Source: Pseudomonadota bacterium
GTDB taxonomy: Bacteria; Pseudomonadota; Alphaproteobacteria; Caulobacterales; Parvularculaceae
NCBI GenBank assembly: GCA_039814575.1
Contig: JBCCAY010000006.1
Span: forward strand, 109,820-173,819
Direction: 5' to 3'
Length of the DNA: 64,000 nucleotides
Under the pieces are notes generated by a model. That model did no database searches. It saw only the letters and a list, made by a program, of their open reading frames with translations, and had not been told where the DNA came from. Positions 29,072-38,149 of this stretch are shown here, piece by piece. How positions within the stretch are numbered: position 1 is the stretch's first letter; each line of letters opens with the position of its first letter. Made by a program: the position numbers and the translations under genes.

Positions 29072-31372
29072 ATGGACGAAACACCCGCCAAATTCACCGA
29101 CGACGAAGCCCTTCGCTTTCACGCCCGCGGCAAGCCCGGCAAGCTGGAAGTGACGCCGACCAAACCAATGGCGACCCAACGCGATCTCGCCCTCGCCTAT
29201 TCGCCGGGCGTTGCGGTTCCGGTCCAAGCGATCGCCGACGATCCCGACACAGCTTACGACTATACCTCTAAAGGCAATATGGTCGCGGTGATCTCCAACG
29301 GCACGGCGATCCTCGGCATGGGCGATCTCGGGCCCCTCGCCTCGAAGCCGGTGATGGAAGGCAAGTCGGTGCTCTTTAAACGCTTCGCCGACATCGATTC
29401 CATCGATCTCGAAGTGGACACGTCGGACCCGGAAGAATTCATTAACTGCGTGAAATATTTGGGGCCGGCCTTTGGCGGCATCAATCTGGAAGACATTAAA
29501 GCGCCGGACAGCTTCCTCATTGAGCAGCGCCTCAAAGAAGAGATGAACATTCCGGTCTTCCATGACGACCAGCACGGCACAGCCATTATCGCCGCGGCAG
29601 GCCTTCTGAACGCGCTCGACATCGCGGGCAAGTCGATCAAAGACGCGAAAGTCGCCGTCTCCGGCGCGGGCTCGGCGGCGCTCTCCGTTGTCGGCCTTTT
29701 TAAGGCCATGGGCGTTCCCCACGAAAATGTGCTGGTGTGCGGCCGCAAGGGCGTTCTTTACAAAGGCCGGCCGGACGGCATGGACCAATGGCGCTCCGCC
29801 CACGCCGTCGATACAGACAAACGCACCCTCGCCGAAGCGATGGACGGCGCGGACGTGTGCATCGGCCTCTCGGTCGAAGGCGCGGTGTCACCGGAAATGG
29901 TCAAGTCCATGGCCAAAAACCCGATCATCTTCGTCATGGCGAACCCCGTGCCGGAAATCCTCCCAGAAGTGATCAATCAGATTCGCTCCGACGCAATTAT
30001 CGCCACTGGCCGCTCGGACTATCCAAACCAAGTGAACAACGTTCTCGGCTTTCCTTATATTTTCCGTGGGGCGCTCGACGCCCGCGCACGGACCATTAAC
30101 GAAGAGATGAAAATCGCCTGCGCCAAGGCGCTCGCTAACCTCGCCCGCGAGGACGTGCCCGATGAAGTGGCCGCCGCCTATGGCAAGCGTCTCAAATACG
30201 GGCCGGGCTACATTATCCCGACGCCATTCGATCCGCGTCTGATCGCTGAAATCCCGCCCGCCGTCGCCAAAGCCGCCGGCGAGACCGGCGTCGCGCGCAA
30301 GCCGATAATGGACCTTAAAGGCTATCGCCATTCCCTCGCCGCGCGCACTGATCCGTCGGCGTCGTTCCTGCAGAATGTTTACGGCAGCTTGCGCGGCCGC
30401 GACGAGCCAAAACGCATCGTCTTCGCCGAGGGTGAGGAGGACGCCGTGGTGCGCGCCGCCTATAGCTTCCAGCAAGAAGGGCTTGGCAAAGCGATCCTTA
30501 TAGGCCGCGAGGAACGCGTCCGCGAAAGCCTCGCGCGCGTCGGCCTACCCGGCGATTGCGAATTCGAAATCCATAATGCGCGCCTCTCGACGCATAACCC
30601 GCAGTATACGGAATTCCTATACAAACGCCTGCAGCGCGACGGATATCTAGAACGGGACGCCCAACGTCTCGTTAATACGGACCGCAATGTTTTCGGCGCA
30701 TGCATGGTCGCCCACGGCCACGCTGACGGCATGGTTACTGGCGTCACCCGCCACTATGACGCAGCCCTGAAAAATGTCAGCCTTGTGCTCGATCCGCGGC
30801 CGAACGAACGCCTTGTCGGCGTCTCAATCATCCTCGCGAAGGGGCGCACGCTTTATATGGCGGACACCAATATCGCCGAATTGCCGACGTCCGAGTGCCT
30901 CGCGGATATCGCCACACAAGTCGCCCACGCCGCGAAGCGCTTCGGCGCCGATCCGCGCGTCGCGTTTGTTTCTTACTCGAACTTCGGCAATCCTGATACT
31001 GAGCATTCAAGGCGGGTCGCAGGTGCTGTGAAATGCCTCGATGAGCGCCACGACGTCGACTTTGAGTATGAAGGCGAGATGACGCCGCGCATGGCGTTGA
31101 ACGCCTCGTTCCGCTCGGTCTATCCGTTCGCGCGCTTGTCGGAGGACGCCAACGTCTTAGTGACGCCGGGCATTCACTCTGCATCGATCTCCACAAAACT
31201 CCTAGGCGAGGTCGGCGGCGCAACGGTGATCGGCCCCATCCTCACCGGATTGGAAAAGCCCGTGCAGATCGTCCAGATCGGCGCGCGTGTCTCTGACATC
31301 GTTATGTTGGCGGCGATGGCGGCGTATGACGTGGACGCCGAGCACCGAGAGTGGGCGGCGAAGTCAGCTTAA
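29072..31372 (+). CDS. maeB: NADP-dependent malic enzyme (malic enzyme fused to phosphate-acetyltransferase-like domain)
   Basis: 766 aa. N-terminal LALAYSPGVA and FHDDQHGTAI, a Rossmann SGAGSAA, and a C-terminal PTA-like half. Confidence 0.95.
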   Translation: MDETPAKFTDDEALRFHARGKPGKLEVTPTKPMATQRDLALAYSPGVAVPVQAIADDPDTAYDYTSKGNMVAVISNGTAILGMGDLGPLASKPVMEGKSVLFKRFADIDSIDLEVDTSDPEEFINCVKYLGPAFGGINLEDIKAPDSFLIEQRLKEEMNIPVFHDDQHGTAIIAAAGLLNALDIAGKSIKDAKVAVSGAGSAALSVVGLFKAMGVPHENVLVCGRKGVLYKGRPDGMDQWRSAHAVDTDKRTLAEAMDGADVCIGLSVEGAVSPEMVKSMAKNPIIFVMANPVPEILPEVINQIRSDAIIATGRSDYPNQVNNVLGFPYIFRGALDARARTINEEMKIACAKALANLAREDVPDEVAAAYGKRLKYGPGYIIPTPFDPRLIAEIPPAVAKAAGETGVARKPIMDLKGYRHSLAARTDPSASFLQNVYGSLRGRDEPKRIVFAEGEEDAVVRAAYSFQQEGLGKAILIGREERVRESLARVGLPGDCEFEIHNARLSTHNPQYTEFLYKRLQRDGYLERDAQRLVNTDRNVFGACMVAHGHADGMVTGVTRHYDAALKNVSLVLDPRPNERLVGVSIILAKGRTLYMADTNIAELPTSECLADIATQVAHAAKRFGADPRVAFVSYSNFGNPDTEHSRRVAGAVKCLDERHDVDFEYEGEMTPRMALNASFRSVYPFARLSEDANVLVTPGIHSASISTKLLGEVGGATVIGPILTGLEKPVQIVQIGARVSDIVMLAAMAAYDVDAEHREWAAKSA

Positions 31373-31406
31373 CGGCTGAGCCGCGCCATACCCGTCTTAT
31401 CCCAAA

Positions 31407-31484
31407 CTTAATTCGGGCAGAGACTTAATTCAGGCCAAGCTCTATTTGGGCCAAAGGTTTATTCGGGCCAAGCTTTATTCAGGT
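31407..31484. repeat. Five tandem ~16-18-bp direct repeats (core TTWATTCRGGC) in the maeB/exosortase convergent spacer
   Basis: The copies are cttaattcgggc, cttaattcaggc, ctatttgggc, tttattcgggc and tttattcaggt, spaced about 17 bp apart. The last copy overlaps the exosortase stop codon. Confidence 0.65.
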
Positions 31485-33088
31485 ACGTATTCCGGTAGGT
31501 GCCCGCCTAAGCGATCCATCATGGACTGCAGTCGCGCTTCGGCGACGGCCATCGGCTCGTTGCGGTCAAGCGGCGTCATCAATCGCACCATGGCGCCGTC
31601 GGACCGACGCCGGGAAACGGCGTCAACCGTCAACCACAAACGCATGACGAACTCATTAGCGATATGGCGTCCGCGCTGTGGGTACCAATAGTAAACCAAC
31701 TGACGCGCCGGTCCGTTTTGGATGACAAGGCGATTGTAATTCAGCGGCGCGCCGGTGGGCGTCGCGCCCGTCTCCACCGTGTGTTGCGTAATGCCCCATC
31801 CACCGCCGGGAATGCATTGGCTCGGCGAGTGCCAAGAACGGCCGTCACGGCGCGCTTCTAGATAAGCGAGATAGAGATTTACGAAATCACCGTCAGGCGA
31901 GACCATGTCGACGACAATCGTATCGTCGGCGCCGATAACGTCAGCGACAAGCGGGCTTAGTTTTTTAACGTCCGCACCCCAGCCTTCGAACTCGGATGGA
32001 AGACTAGCGAATTTCGTCCGCTCAGGAACAATTAAATTATCGACACCGACAAAGCGAGCCGCGGCGAACGAAACAGCAAAGACAACGACGATCGTCGCCA
32101 TAACGGGGACACCGATGCGCGACGCACCCGCTTTCGAAGGCGCAACCGCCGGCAGTTCCGGCGAGCCAAGCGCGTCGACCGCGCTAAGCCGCGGCCTCGC
32201 GATAAAACCGAGCAATGCGACAACCGCGAACAACGCCACCATGCACAACAAGAAGACGACCCACCCCTCGAAGAAATGCAGAGCGCCTTCAGCGTGCTCC
32301 GTGCCATAGTTCTGCACGAGGAGGCCGGTGACGGCGATGCGGAAGCTGTTCATTAAAATCGTGATCGGCACGGTCGAGATGACAATCAACGCTTTTTGCC
32401 AAAGAGGTCCGCGGTAAATGTACGCCGTCATTATCCCGAGGCTTAGGAACGGGAAAAGATAGCGCAGGCCGCTGCAGGCCTCAGCGACCTGCAACTGGTA
32501 ATCGCCAAGGTCGATAATATTGCCGGAGAGAAAGACGGGCACGCCCAATGCCTCAAGCATGCCGACGCCGATGATCGACGACATCTCCTGGAACTTCCAA
32601 GACAGAATAGTGATCAACATGTAGGGCGGCGGCACGGCGAACAGCAAAAACCCGATGGGGGCCGCCGTCGCGCGCAGCAATGATGCGCCGCCAAAGCCTG
32701 CCGTCAGGCCGGCGATCGCGACGACCAGGCCAATTTGCTGAAAAAGAAAGCTCTCGGTGACGCGGCCCAAGAGCAGCCAAAACGCCGCGCCGAGCGCTAG
32801 CCAAAGGCCGAGCCAGGAAGGATCGCCGACGCTCTTCAGAACATTGTCGCGGTTAATCCAAACGAGCCAGCCGGAAATCACCGGGATGAAATAACTGTGG
32901 CTGAGCTCTTCTTGTTCGCCCCAACGCGCCCAGAGATTGCCGATGGCGTCCCAAAATAGGATTACCGTCGCGAGAACCGCAGCGGCGAGCAAACCAAGTG
33001 CGACGGGATTGCGCAAATCCCCCCCAGCGCCATGCCCAGCACTCTTCAATGGCGCGTCAGTGGAACTCAACGGATCGACAGCAGTCAT
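31475..33088 (-). CDS. Exosortase (EpsH/Xrt family) fused to a C-terminal EpsI-family periplasmic domain
   Basis: A polytopic N-terminal half carries the exosortase catalytic-type motifs AEACSGLRYL (Cys), NSFRIA (Arg) and ALHFFEGW (His). The C-terminal ~200 aa contains WHSPSQCIPGGGW, as in EpsI. TGGAG lies 7 nt upstream of the ATG. Confidence 0.85.
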   Translation of the reverse strand: MTAVDPLSSTDAPLKSAGHGAGGDLRNPVALGLLAAAVLATVILFWDAIGNLWARWGEQEELSHSYFIPVISGWLVWINRDNVLKSVGDPSWLGLWLALGAAFWLLLGRVTESFLFQQIGLVVAIAGLTAGFGGASLLRATAAPIGFLLFAVPPPYMLITILSWKFQEMSSIIGVGMLEALGVPVFLSGNIIDLGDYQLQVAEACSGLRYLFPFLSLGIMTAYIYRGPLWQKALIVISTVPITILMNSFRIAVTGLLVQNYGTEHAEGALHFFEGWVVFLLCMVALFAVVALLGFIARPRLSAVDALGSPELPAVAPSKAGASRIGVPVMATIVVVFAVSFAAARFVGVDNLIVPERTKFASLPSEFEGWGADVKKLSPLVADVIGADDTIVVDMVSPDGDFVNLYLAYLEARRDGRSWHSPSQCIPGGGWGITQHTVETGATPTGAPLNYNRLVIQNGPARQLVYYWYPQRGRHIANEFVMRLWLTVDAVSRRRSDGAMVRLMTPLDRNEPMAVAEARLQSMMDRLGGHLPEYVPE

Positions 33089-33480
33089 TAGAAACTCCAG
33101 GCGGGCAGGCCGTTATGACCAAAAAGAACCGCGGGCGACAAAGACAGTAGGCGCAACCGAATAGCGATTTAAACGCCCTGATCGAACGATTTCACAGCCC
33201 AATAGCATGCGAATTTCATGCCTTAACAGCTTGTTCGCATTAATCAATTGCGCGCCCTATCCCCTTGTGCGCGCCTCGCGAATGAAGAAATGCTGACCCC
33301 TACGGACGTCACCGCAAGTCTTAACGGCTGGATCATCACATTCGAATAAGAATAGCTTTTGCGTCTTGCAAGTCCACATATCGCGGCGCGGCGTCAGTTA
33401 ACATATGGGTGAGCGCATTTGGGCGTGCGCACTCGCCGTCCTTTGGCTGCGCTGGAAAGACTAGAAGGGACCGCCCGCCC

Positions 33481-34959
33481 ATGTCTCAATCCAATTCAGA
33501 AACACCGCCCCCTGCGGACGCCTTAACCCCTTGCGCCGATGGCGAGGCCGCCGTCACGCGCCTTAAGACGCTCTATTCGGAATCAGTCGACGCTGTCGCG
33601 GAGCGGTTCCGCGCGTTCGCCGCAAACGCGGCCAAGACCCCGATCGCGGCGACTGAGAAGGGCGCGACCTACCCCTATCTGCAAGTCACCATCCCGGCCA
33701 ATCGCGCAATCCAAACGAGCAATCTCGCCCTTGGCAATGTCGCGGGGCCAAACGTCTATGGCGCGACCATCACCCGTCCGGCCCTTTATGAACGGTACTT
33801 ACGCACCCAGCTCAATGAGCTCTTCGAAACATTTAACGCAAAAGTGCATGTGGGGCGCTCGTTCACGCCGATCCCGCTCACCTTCGCGATGGAGGCGGCG
33901 GCCGCAAACCTCACAGCCGACGACAGAGACCGGCTGCAGTTTCATTTCAACAGTCCGAGCCTTGCCGCAACCAATGACGATATTGTCGACGGGCGGCTGA
34001 TCTTGAAACGCGACGGCCCGTTGCCGCTCAGCCCCTTCACGGCGGAACGCACCGACTATTCCCTGCACCGTATCCAGCACTATACGGCGACGCGGCCGGA
34101 ACACTTTCAGGAAGTTATTCTTTTTACGAACTACCAGCGATACGTAGATGAGTTCATCGCCCACGCCAAAACCGAGATTGAGGCGGGGCGCGCCGACGCC
34201 TTCATTGAGCCTGGCGGGCGGGAATCAAAGAAGGGCGCCCCTCCGAAAGAACCGCCCTTAAAAAAGATGCCCCAAATGCCCGCTTACCATATGGTGCGCA
34301 CCGACGGGCAAGGGGTTACGCTCGTCAATATCGGCGTCGGCCCCTCAAACGCTAAGACGATTACGGACCACCTTGCGGTCCTGCGACCCCATGTGTGGTT
34401 GATGATCGGCCATTGCGGGGGCTTGCGCCGCACCCAGCGCCTTGGCGATTATGTTTTGGCGCACGCCTATTTGCGTGACGACAAAGTACTGGACGAGGCC
34501 CTCGACCCGTCAATCCCCCTACCGACGATCGCTGAAGTGCAAGTGGCGCTCACCCGCGCTGTCGCAGAAGCGACGGATAGTTCCGACACCGCGCTGAAAG
34601 ACCATTTACGGACCGGCACCGTCGTCACGACCGCCGATCGCAATTGGGAATTGCGGTTCAATGAAATTGCCGTACGTCTCAATCAATCACGCGCCATCGC
34701 CATCGATATGGAATCGGCGACCATCGCCGCCAATGGCTATCGCTATCGCGTCCCTTACGGAACTTTATTGTGCGTCTCAGATCGCCCGCTGCATGGCGAA
34801 CTAAAGCTTCCAGGCATGGCCGACGCGTTTTACGAAGCCCGCATTAGTCAGCACTTAGCTGTCGGCCTGCGAGCAGCGGAACTGCTGCGCGCCGAAGCGA
34901 ATGCGGGAACGCTCCATTCACGCAAGCTGCGCAGTTTCGACGAACCGTTTCTGCGTTAA
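33481..34959 (+). CDS. amn: AMP nucleosidase
   Basis: LFTNYQRYVDEF, a PNP_UDP-type C-terminal domain (IGHCGGLR..., DMESATIA), and a length of about 490 aa, like Amn. I trimmed the start to MSQSNS. Confidence 0.9.
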   Translation: MSQSNSETPPPADALTPCADGEAAVTRLKTLYSESVDAVAERFRAFAANAAKTPIAATEKGATYPYLQVTIPANRAIQTSNLALGNVAGPNVYGATITRPALYERYLRTQLNELFETFNAKVHVGRSFTPIPLTFAMEAAAANLTADDRDRLQFHFNSPSLAATNDDIVDGRLILKRDGPLPLSPFTAERTDYSLHRIQHYTATRPEHFQEVILFTNYQRYVDEFIAHAKTEIEAGRADAFIEPGGRESKKGAPPKEPPLKKMPQMPAYHMVRTDGQGVTLVNIGVGPSNAKTITDHLAVLRPHVWLMIGHCGGLRRTQRLGDYVLAHAYLRDDKVLDEALDPSIPLPTIAEVQVALTRAVAEATDSSDTALKDHLRTGTVVTTADRNWELRFNEIAVRLNQSRAIAIDMESATIAANGYRYRVPYGTLLCVSDRPLHGELKLPGMADAFYEARISQHLAVGLRAAELLRAEANAGTLHSRKLRSFDEPFLR

Positions 34960-34970
34960 ATAGCCCGTCA

Positions 34971-35783
34971 TTACTCTTGATTGGGTTTGGTTTCGACCAA
35001 TTCAACTTCAAAGACGCTCGGCCATTTTTTTCCGGTGATGAACAAACGTTTCGACGCCGCATCATACGCCACGCCGTTCAAGACTTCGTCGCGGCGGCGG
35101 CGCTGTTCTTGGTCGGGAAGAAGGCCCGAGAAATCAATGACGCCGACAACGGCGCCCGTCGCCGGATCGATGCGAACGACGTAATCGGACTTCCAAACAT
35201 TGGCGAAAATCTCGCCCTCCACCCATTCCAGCTCGTTTAACCGCTTAACGAGTTGTCCGCGATAAAGGACCGCCAATGTACGCAAGGGTTCAAGGCTTTC
35301 CGGGTCAAGAAAGCGCAAAACATGGCTGCCGTCGCTCATAATCAGTGCCTCGCCATTATGGGTGAGCCCCCATCCCTCGCCGGCATAGGTGAACTGATCA
35401 ACTTTTTTCAGACCGTCTTTTTCGAACACGAACCCAAGGCCGGATCGCCATGTCAGCATGATGAGCCGCTCGCCCCATGTGACCGCCCCCTCGCCGAAAT
35501 ATTGCTTTGGTAACTTCGTCTCCGCGAGCACCGCGCCCGTCTCAATATCAACGCGGCGCACGGATGATTGGCCGTAGAGGCCGGTGCTCTCATAGAAGGC
35601 GCCGTCCTCAACAAATAATCCTTGCGTGAACGCCGCTTCGTCGTGCGGATACGTGTTGACGATGCGATAACCGTAACGCGCTTCAGACCACGCCGGCGTC
35701 ACGATGCCGAAGACAGCGCCGAACATTACCCCGCAAACGAGGACAATCGCCCATAGGGCGCTGAAACGGCGAGACCGCCTCAC
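34971..35783 (-). CDS. Glutaminyl-peptide cyclotransferase (beta-propeller, plant/bacterial type)
   Basis: A signal/anchor segment followed by YRIVNTYPHDEAAFTQGLFVEDGAFYESTGLYGQSSVRRVDIETG, the Glu_cyclase_2 signature. Its GTG start overlaps the upstream gene's stop (GTGA). Confidence 0.85.
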   Translation of the reverse strand: MRRSRRFSALWAIVLVCGVMFGAVFGIVTPAWSEARYGYRIVNTYPHDEAAFTQGLFVEDGAFYESTGLYGQSSVRRVDIETGAVLAETKLPKQYFGEGAVTWGERLIMLTWRSGLGFVFEKDGLKKVDQFTYAGEGWGLTHNGEALIMSDGSHVLRFLDPESLEPLRTLAVLYRGQLVKRLNELEWVEGEIFANVWKSDYVVRIDPATGAVVGVIDFSGLLPDQEQRRRRDEVLNGVAYDAASKRLFITGKKWPSVFEVELVETKPNQE

Positions 35784-36994
35784 AACGCCTTCTCATAGAC
35801 GCGATAGGTCTTGTAGATGCGCCCGCCCATATCGATGAGCATATTCAACATCGCGGTATTGTTTTCCAGTATCCAAGAAAGCTCCGATGACTGGAGGCCG
35901 CGATCAATATTCGCGCGGTTCATCACGTCAATCATCTTATAGGCGAACGCGGCGCCCACGGGCTTTCCTTGGAATTTCTTCCGCACACCCATGAGCGGCA
36001 TACGCGCTTCGGTGAGGCCCTTTATTTTCAACCGATAAAGCAATTTCGCCCAGTTAAAGGGCAAAAGTTTGCCGTCAAAATCGTGGATCGCCTCATTGAT
36101 GTTCGGCAAGACAAGCGCGAACGCGGCCGGCTCGCCGTCATATTCGCAGATCATGAAATTCATTTTGGTGAGGATCGGCCGCAATTCGTTAGCCATATGT
36201 TCAGCTTGTTCATCGGTAAAGGGAATAAACCCCCAATTCTCCGACCAAGCATCATTGTAAATCGAGATCGCCGTGCGCACATCTTCTTTGAAACGGGAAA
36301 AGTCGACATTGCGCAGGTTCACTTTAGGTTTGTTGAGGGCGCGATCAACAAAAGCCTGGCGCTTGGCCGGAATGAACTCTTTCACATTGCGGTATTCCAA
36401 CGCGAACATATCCATCGCTTTGGCGTAACCGCCCGCTTCGATATAGTCTTTGTACCAAGGCCGCGCGTGCGGCATCATCACATAGGGCGGGGCGTCGAAC
36501 CCATCGACCAGAAGGCCGGTTTCCTCATTGACCGAGAAACTCAACGGCCCAACGATCCGCTTCATGCCTTGCGCGCGCAGCCATTCTTCGGCGGTCGTTA
36601 AAAGAGTGTCGAACACCGCTGGATCGTCGACGCCGTCGATAAAGCCGAAATGGCCCGTAGCGTCATTATAGCGGTCGAGATGAAGGGGATTGACGATGGC
36701 CGCGATCCGGCCGACAGCGCGCCCGTCGATTTTCGCAACCCATAATTGATGGGCTGCGTTTTTCAAAACTGGGTTCGCTTTCGGGTTAAGACGCGCGCCC
36801 ACTTCGAATTCCAACGGCGCGATATAGTGGGGATCGTCCGTATAAGCCGGCTTCGCCGCAGCCATGAAGGCTTTGCGGCCATCTGCGCCCGACACCGCCT
36901 CAACAACAACGTTCGATGTGGGCGTTTCGCCGGCTCGCCCGCCGCTTTCAGCAGCAGCCGTTGCAGGCGTCGAAAGAACGTCAGTATTAGACAT
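35780..36994 (-). CDS. GNAT-like N-acyltransferase of unknown specificity (candidate bacterial ceramide synthase, by context)
   Basis: 404 aa. The conserved N-terminal block is ...YTDDPHYIAPLEFEVGARLNPKANP...VGRIAAIVN and the C-terminal block is ELSWILENNTAMLNMLIDMGGRIYKTYRVYE, as in long GNAT-fold acyltransferases. The functional call is inferred from the neighbouring sphingolipid genes. Confidence 0.55.
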   Translation of the reverse strand: MSNTDVLSTPATAAAESGGRAGETPTSNVVVEAVSGADGRKAFMAAAKPAYTDDPHYIAPLEFEVGARLNPKANPVLKNAAHQLWVAKIDGRAVGRIAAIVNPLHLDRYNDATGHFGFIDGVDDPAVFDTLLTTAEEWLRAQGMKRIVGPLSFSVNEETGLLVDGFDAPPYVMMPHARPWYKDYIEAGGYAKAMDMFALEYRNVKEFIPAKRQAFVDRALNKPKVNLRNVDFSRFKEDVRTAISIYNDAWSENWGFIPFTDEQAEHMANELRPILTKMNFMICEYDGEPAAFALVLPNINEAIHDFDGKLLPFNWAKLLYRLKIKGLTEARMPLMGVRKKFQGKPVGAAFAYKMIDVMNRANIDRGLQSSELSWILENNTAMLNMLIDMGGRIYKTYRVYEKAL

Positions 36995-37191
36995 GAAAGG
37001 CGGCTCCCATCGCTTAATCGATGCACTCGAGCGCCAGCCAATCAGATTGGTTCAGAAATTGACCATGGCAGGCGCTCAAAGCGAAGACTCTAGAGCCCTG
37101 CTTTTATGAGGCGATAATCGAAACGCCAAGCCCTAGCGGACTGAGCCTTGGCGTCCGCCTAAGCGCCGCGCCAGCGACGTGTTGGCGACGC

Positions 37192-37710
37192 CTAGTTTTT
37201 CAGCTTGATCTCGACAACGGCGCCATCTTCGGGAACCACAAAAAGAGATTCTTCCAAGGTCGGCGGACCAAAGCGAATGACGGGATTGTTGGAGATGCCG
37301 AACGGCTCGGTCGGGATGCCGAACGCCGCGCGATCAAGCGTCTTATTGGCGTTTTCGTCATGGTAAACGGCCATGGCGTAATTGCCGTCCACGGGCGCGC
37401 GCATGCAGAACTGCGTCACTGGCGCCCTGGCGGCGAACCGCACCTGTTGAACACGGCCGTCGCGCTTCAAAAAGCCGTCTTGGTCTTCACGGTAAAGGTC
37501 AGCGACCATCAGGCCGACGCTTTCTTTGACGCCCTCGATTGAGACGCGCACTTCATTGTTAGCGCCGGAGCAGCTGACATGATCGAAGACGTTTGTCGCA
37601 GCGGTCGCCGCTTCCGCGCCGTCGCCAGAGGCGGCGAACGCCGCGGCCGCGGACAATGGCGCGAGCGCCAAGCCTTTGAAAAACGTTGAAGACCGAAGCA
37701 AACGAAACAT
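37192..37710 (-). CDS. DUF2141 domain-containing secreted protein
   Basis: A signal peptide (FKGLALAPLSAAAAFA) and AVYHDENANKTLDRAAFGIPTEPFGISNN, the DUF2141 signature. Alternative ATG starts are at 37722 and 37725. Confidence 0.78.
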   Translation of the reverse strand: MFRLLRSSTFFKGLALAPLSAAAAFAASGDGAEAATAATNVFDHVSCSGANNEVRVSIEGVKESVGLMVADLYREDQDGFLKRDGRVQQVRFAARAPVTQFCMRAPVDGNYAMAVYHDENANKTLDRAAFGIPTEPFGISNNPVIRFGPPTLEESLFVVPEDGAVVEIKLKN

Positions 37711-37927
37711 TTTAAAATCCATCATAACTGGCGTTGCGCCTTCCAAAGGCGGCGCGTCAACGCGCGGTTTCCTGTCAATCATCGGCCAACGACCGCTTTC
37801 GGCCGCCAACGTCGTCAATCTTTTAAGAGCCCCCGCGCCCCTTGATCAGCGCCGCCTCAAATGGCGACCCCTAAGTGACGCAGCGACATGCAACGCCCTT
37901 GCCGTCCCATTACGGGAAACCGGCCTT

Positions 37928-37970
37928 GGCGAGCGCTGCCCTTACCGCACCGCAACAATCAGCGCTCGCC
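37928..37970 (-). terminator. Hairpin downstream of spt (possible terminator)
   Basis: An 11-bp perfect stem, ggcgagcgctg / cagcgctcgcc, with a 21-nt loop. The downstream U-tract is only weak. Confidence 0.3.
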
Positions 37971-38149
37971 GAGGCGAAATCTGGGCGGAAAATGGGCTTA
38001 ACGCAAGCCTAACGACATCGTGATTTTTGTGCTAGCGGGATCGACCGGCATCAGAACCGGAATCGAAACCACCGCGAAAAGACGCGCCCCAAGACTCCAG
38101 CGCTTCCTCGAGCCAGTGCTGAAACAGCCCTCAGCGCATATTGCGGCCG

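Noticed and set aside
29048-29803. 251-aa ORF antisense to the 5' part of maeB.
   Set aside because: It lies fully inside a confidently identified malic-enzyme gene. Its Arg/Gly/Ala/His-rich composition is typical of GC-rich antisense frames, and I see no motif.
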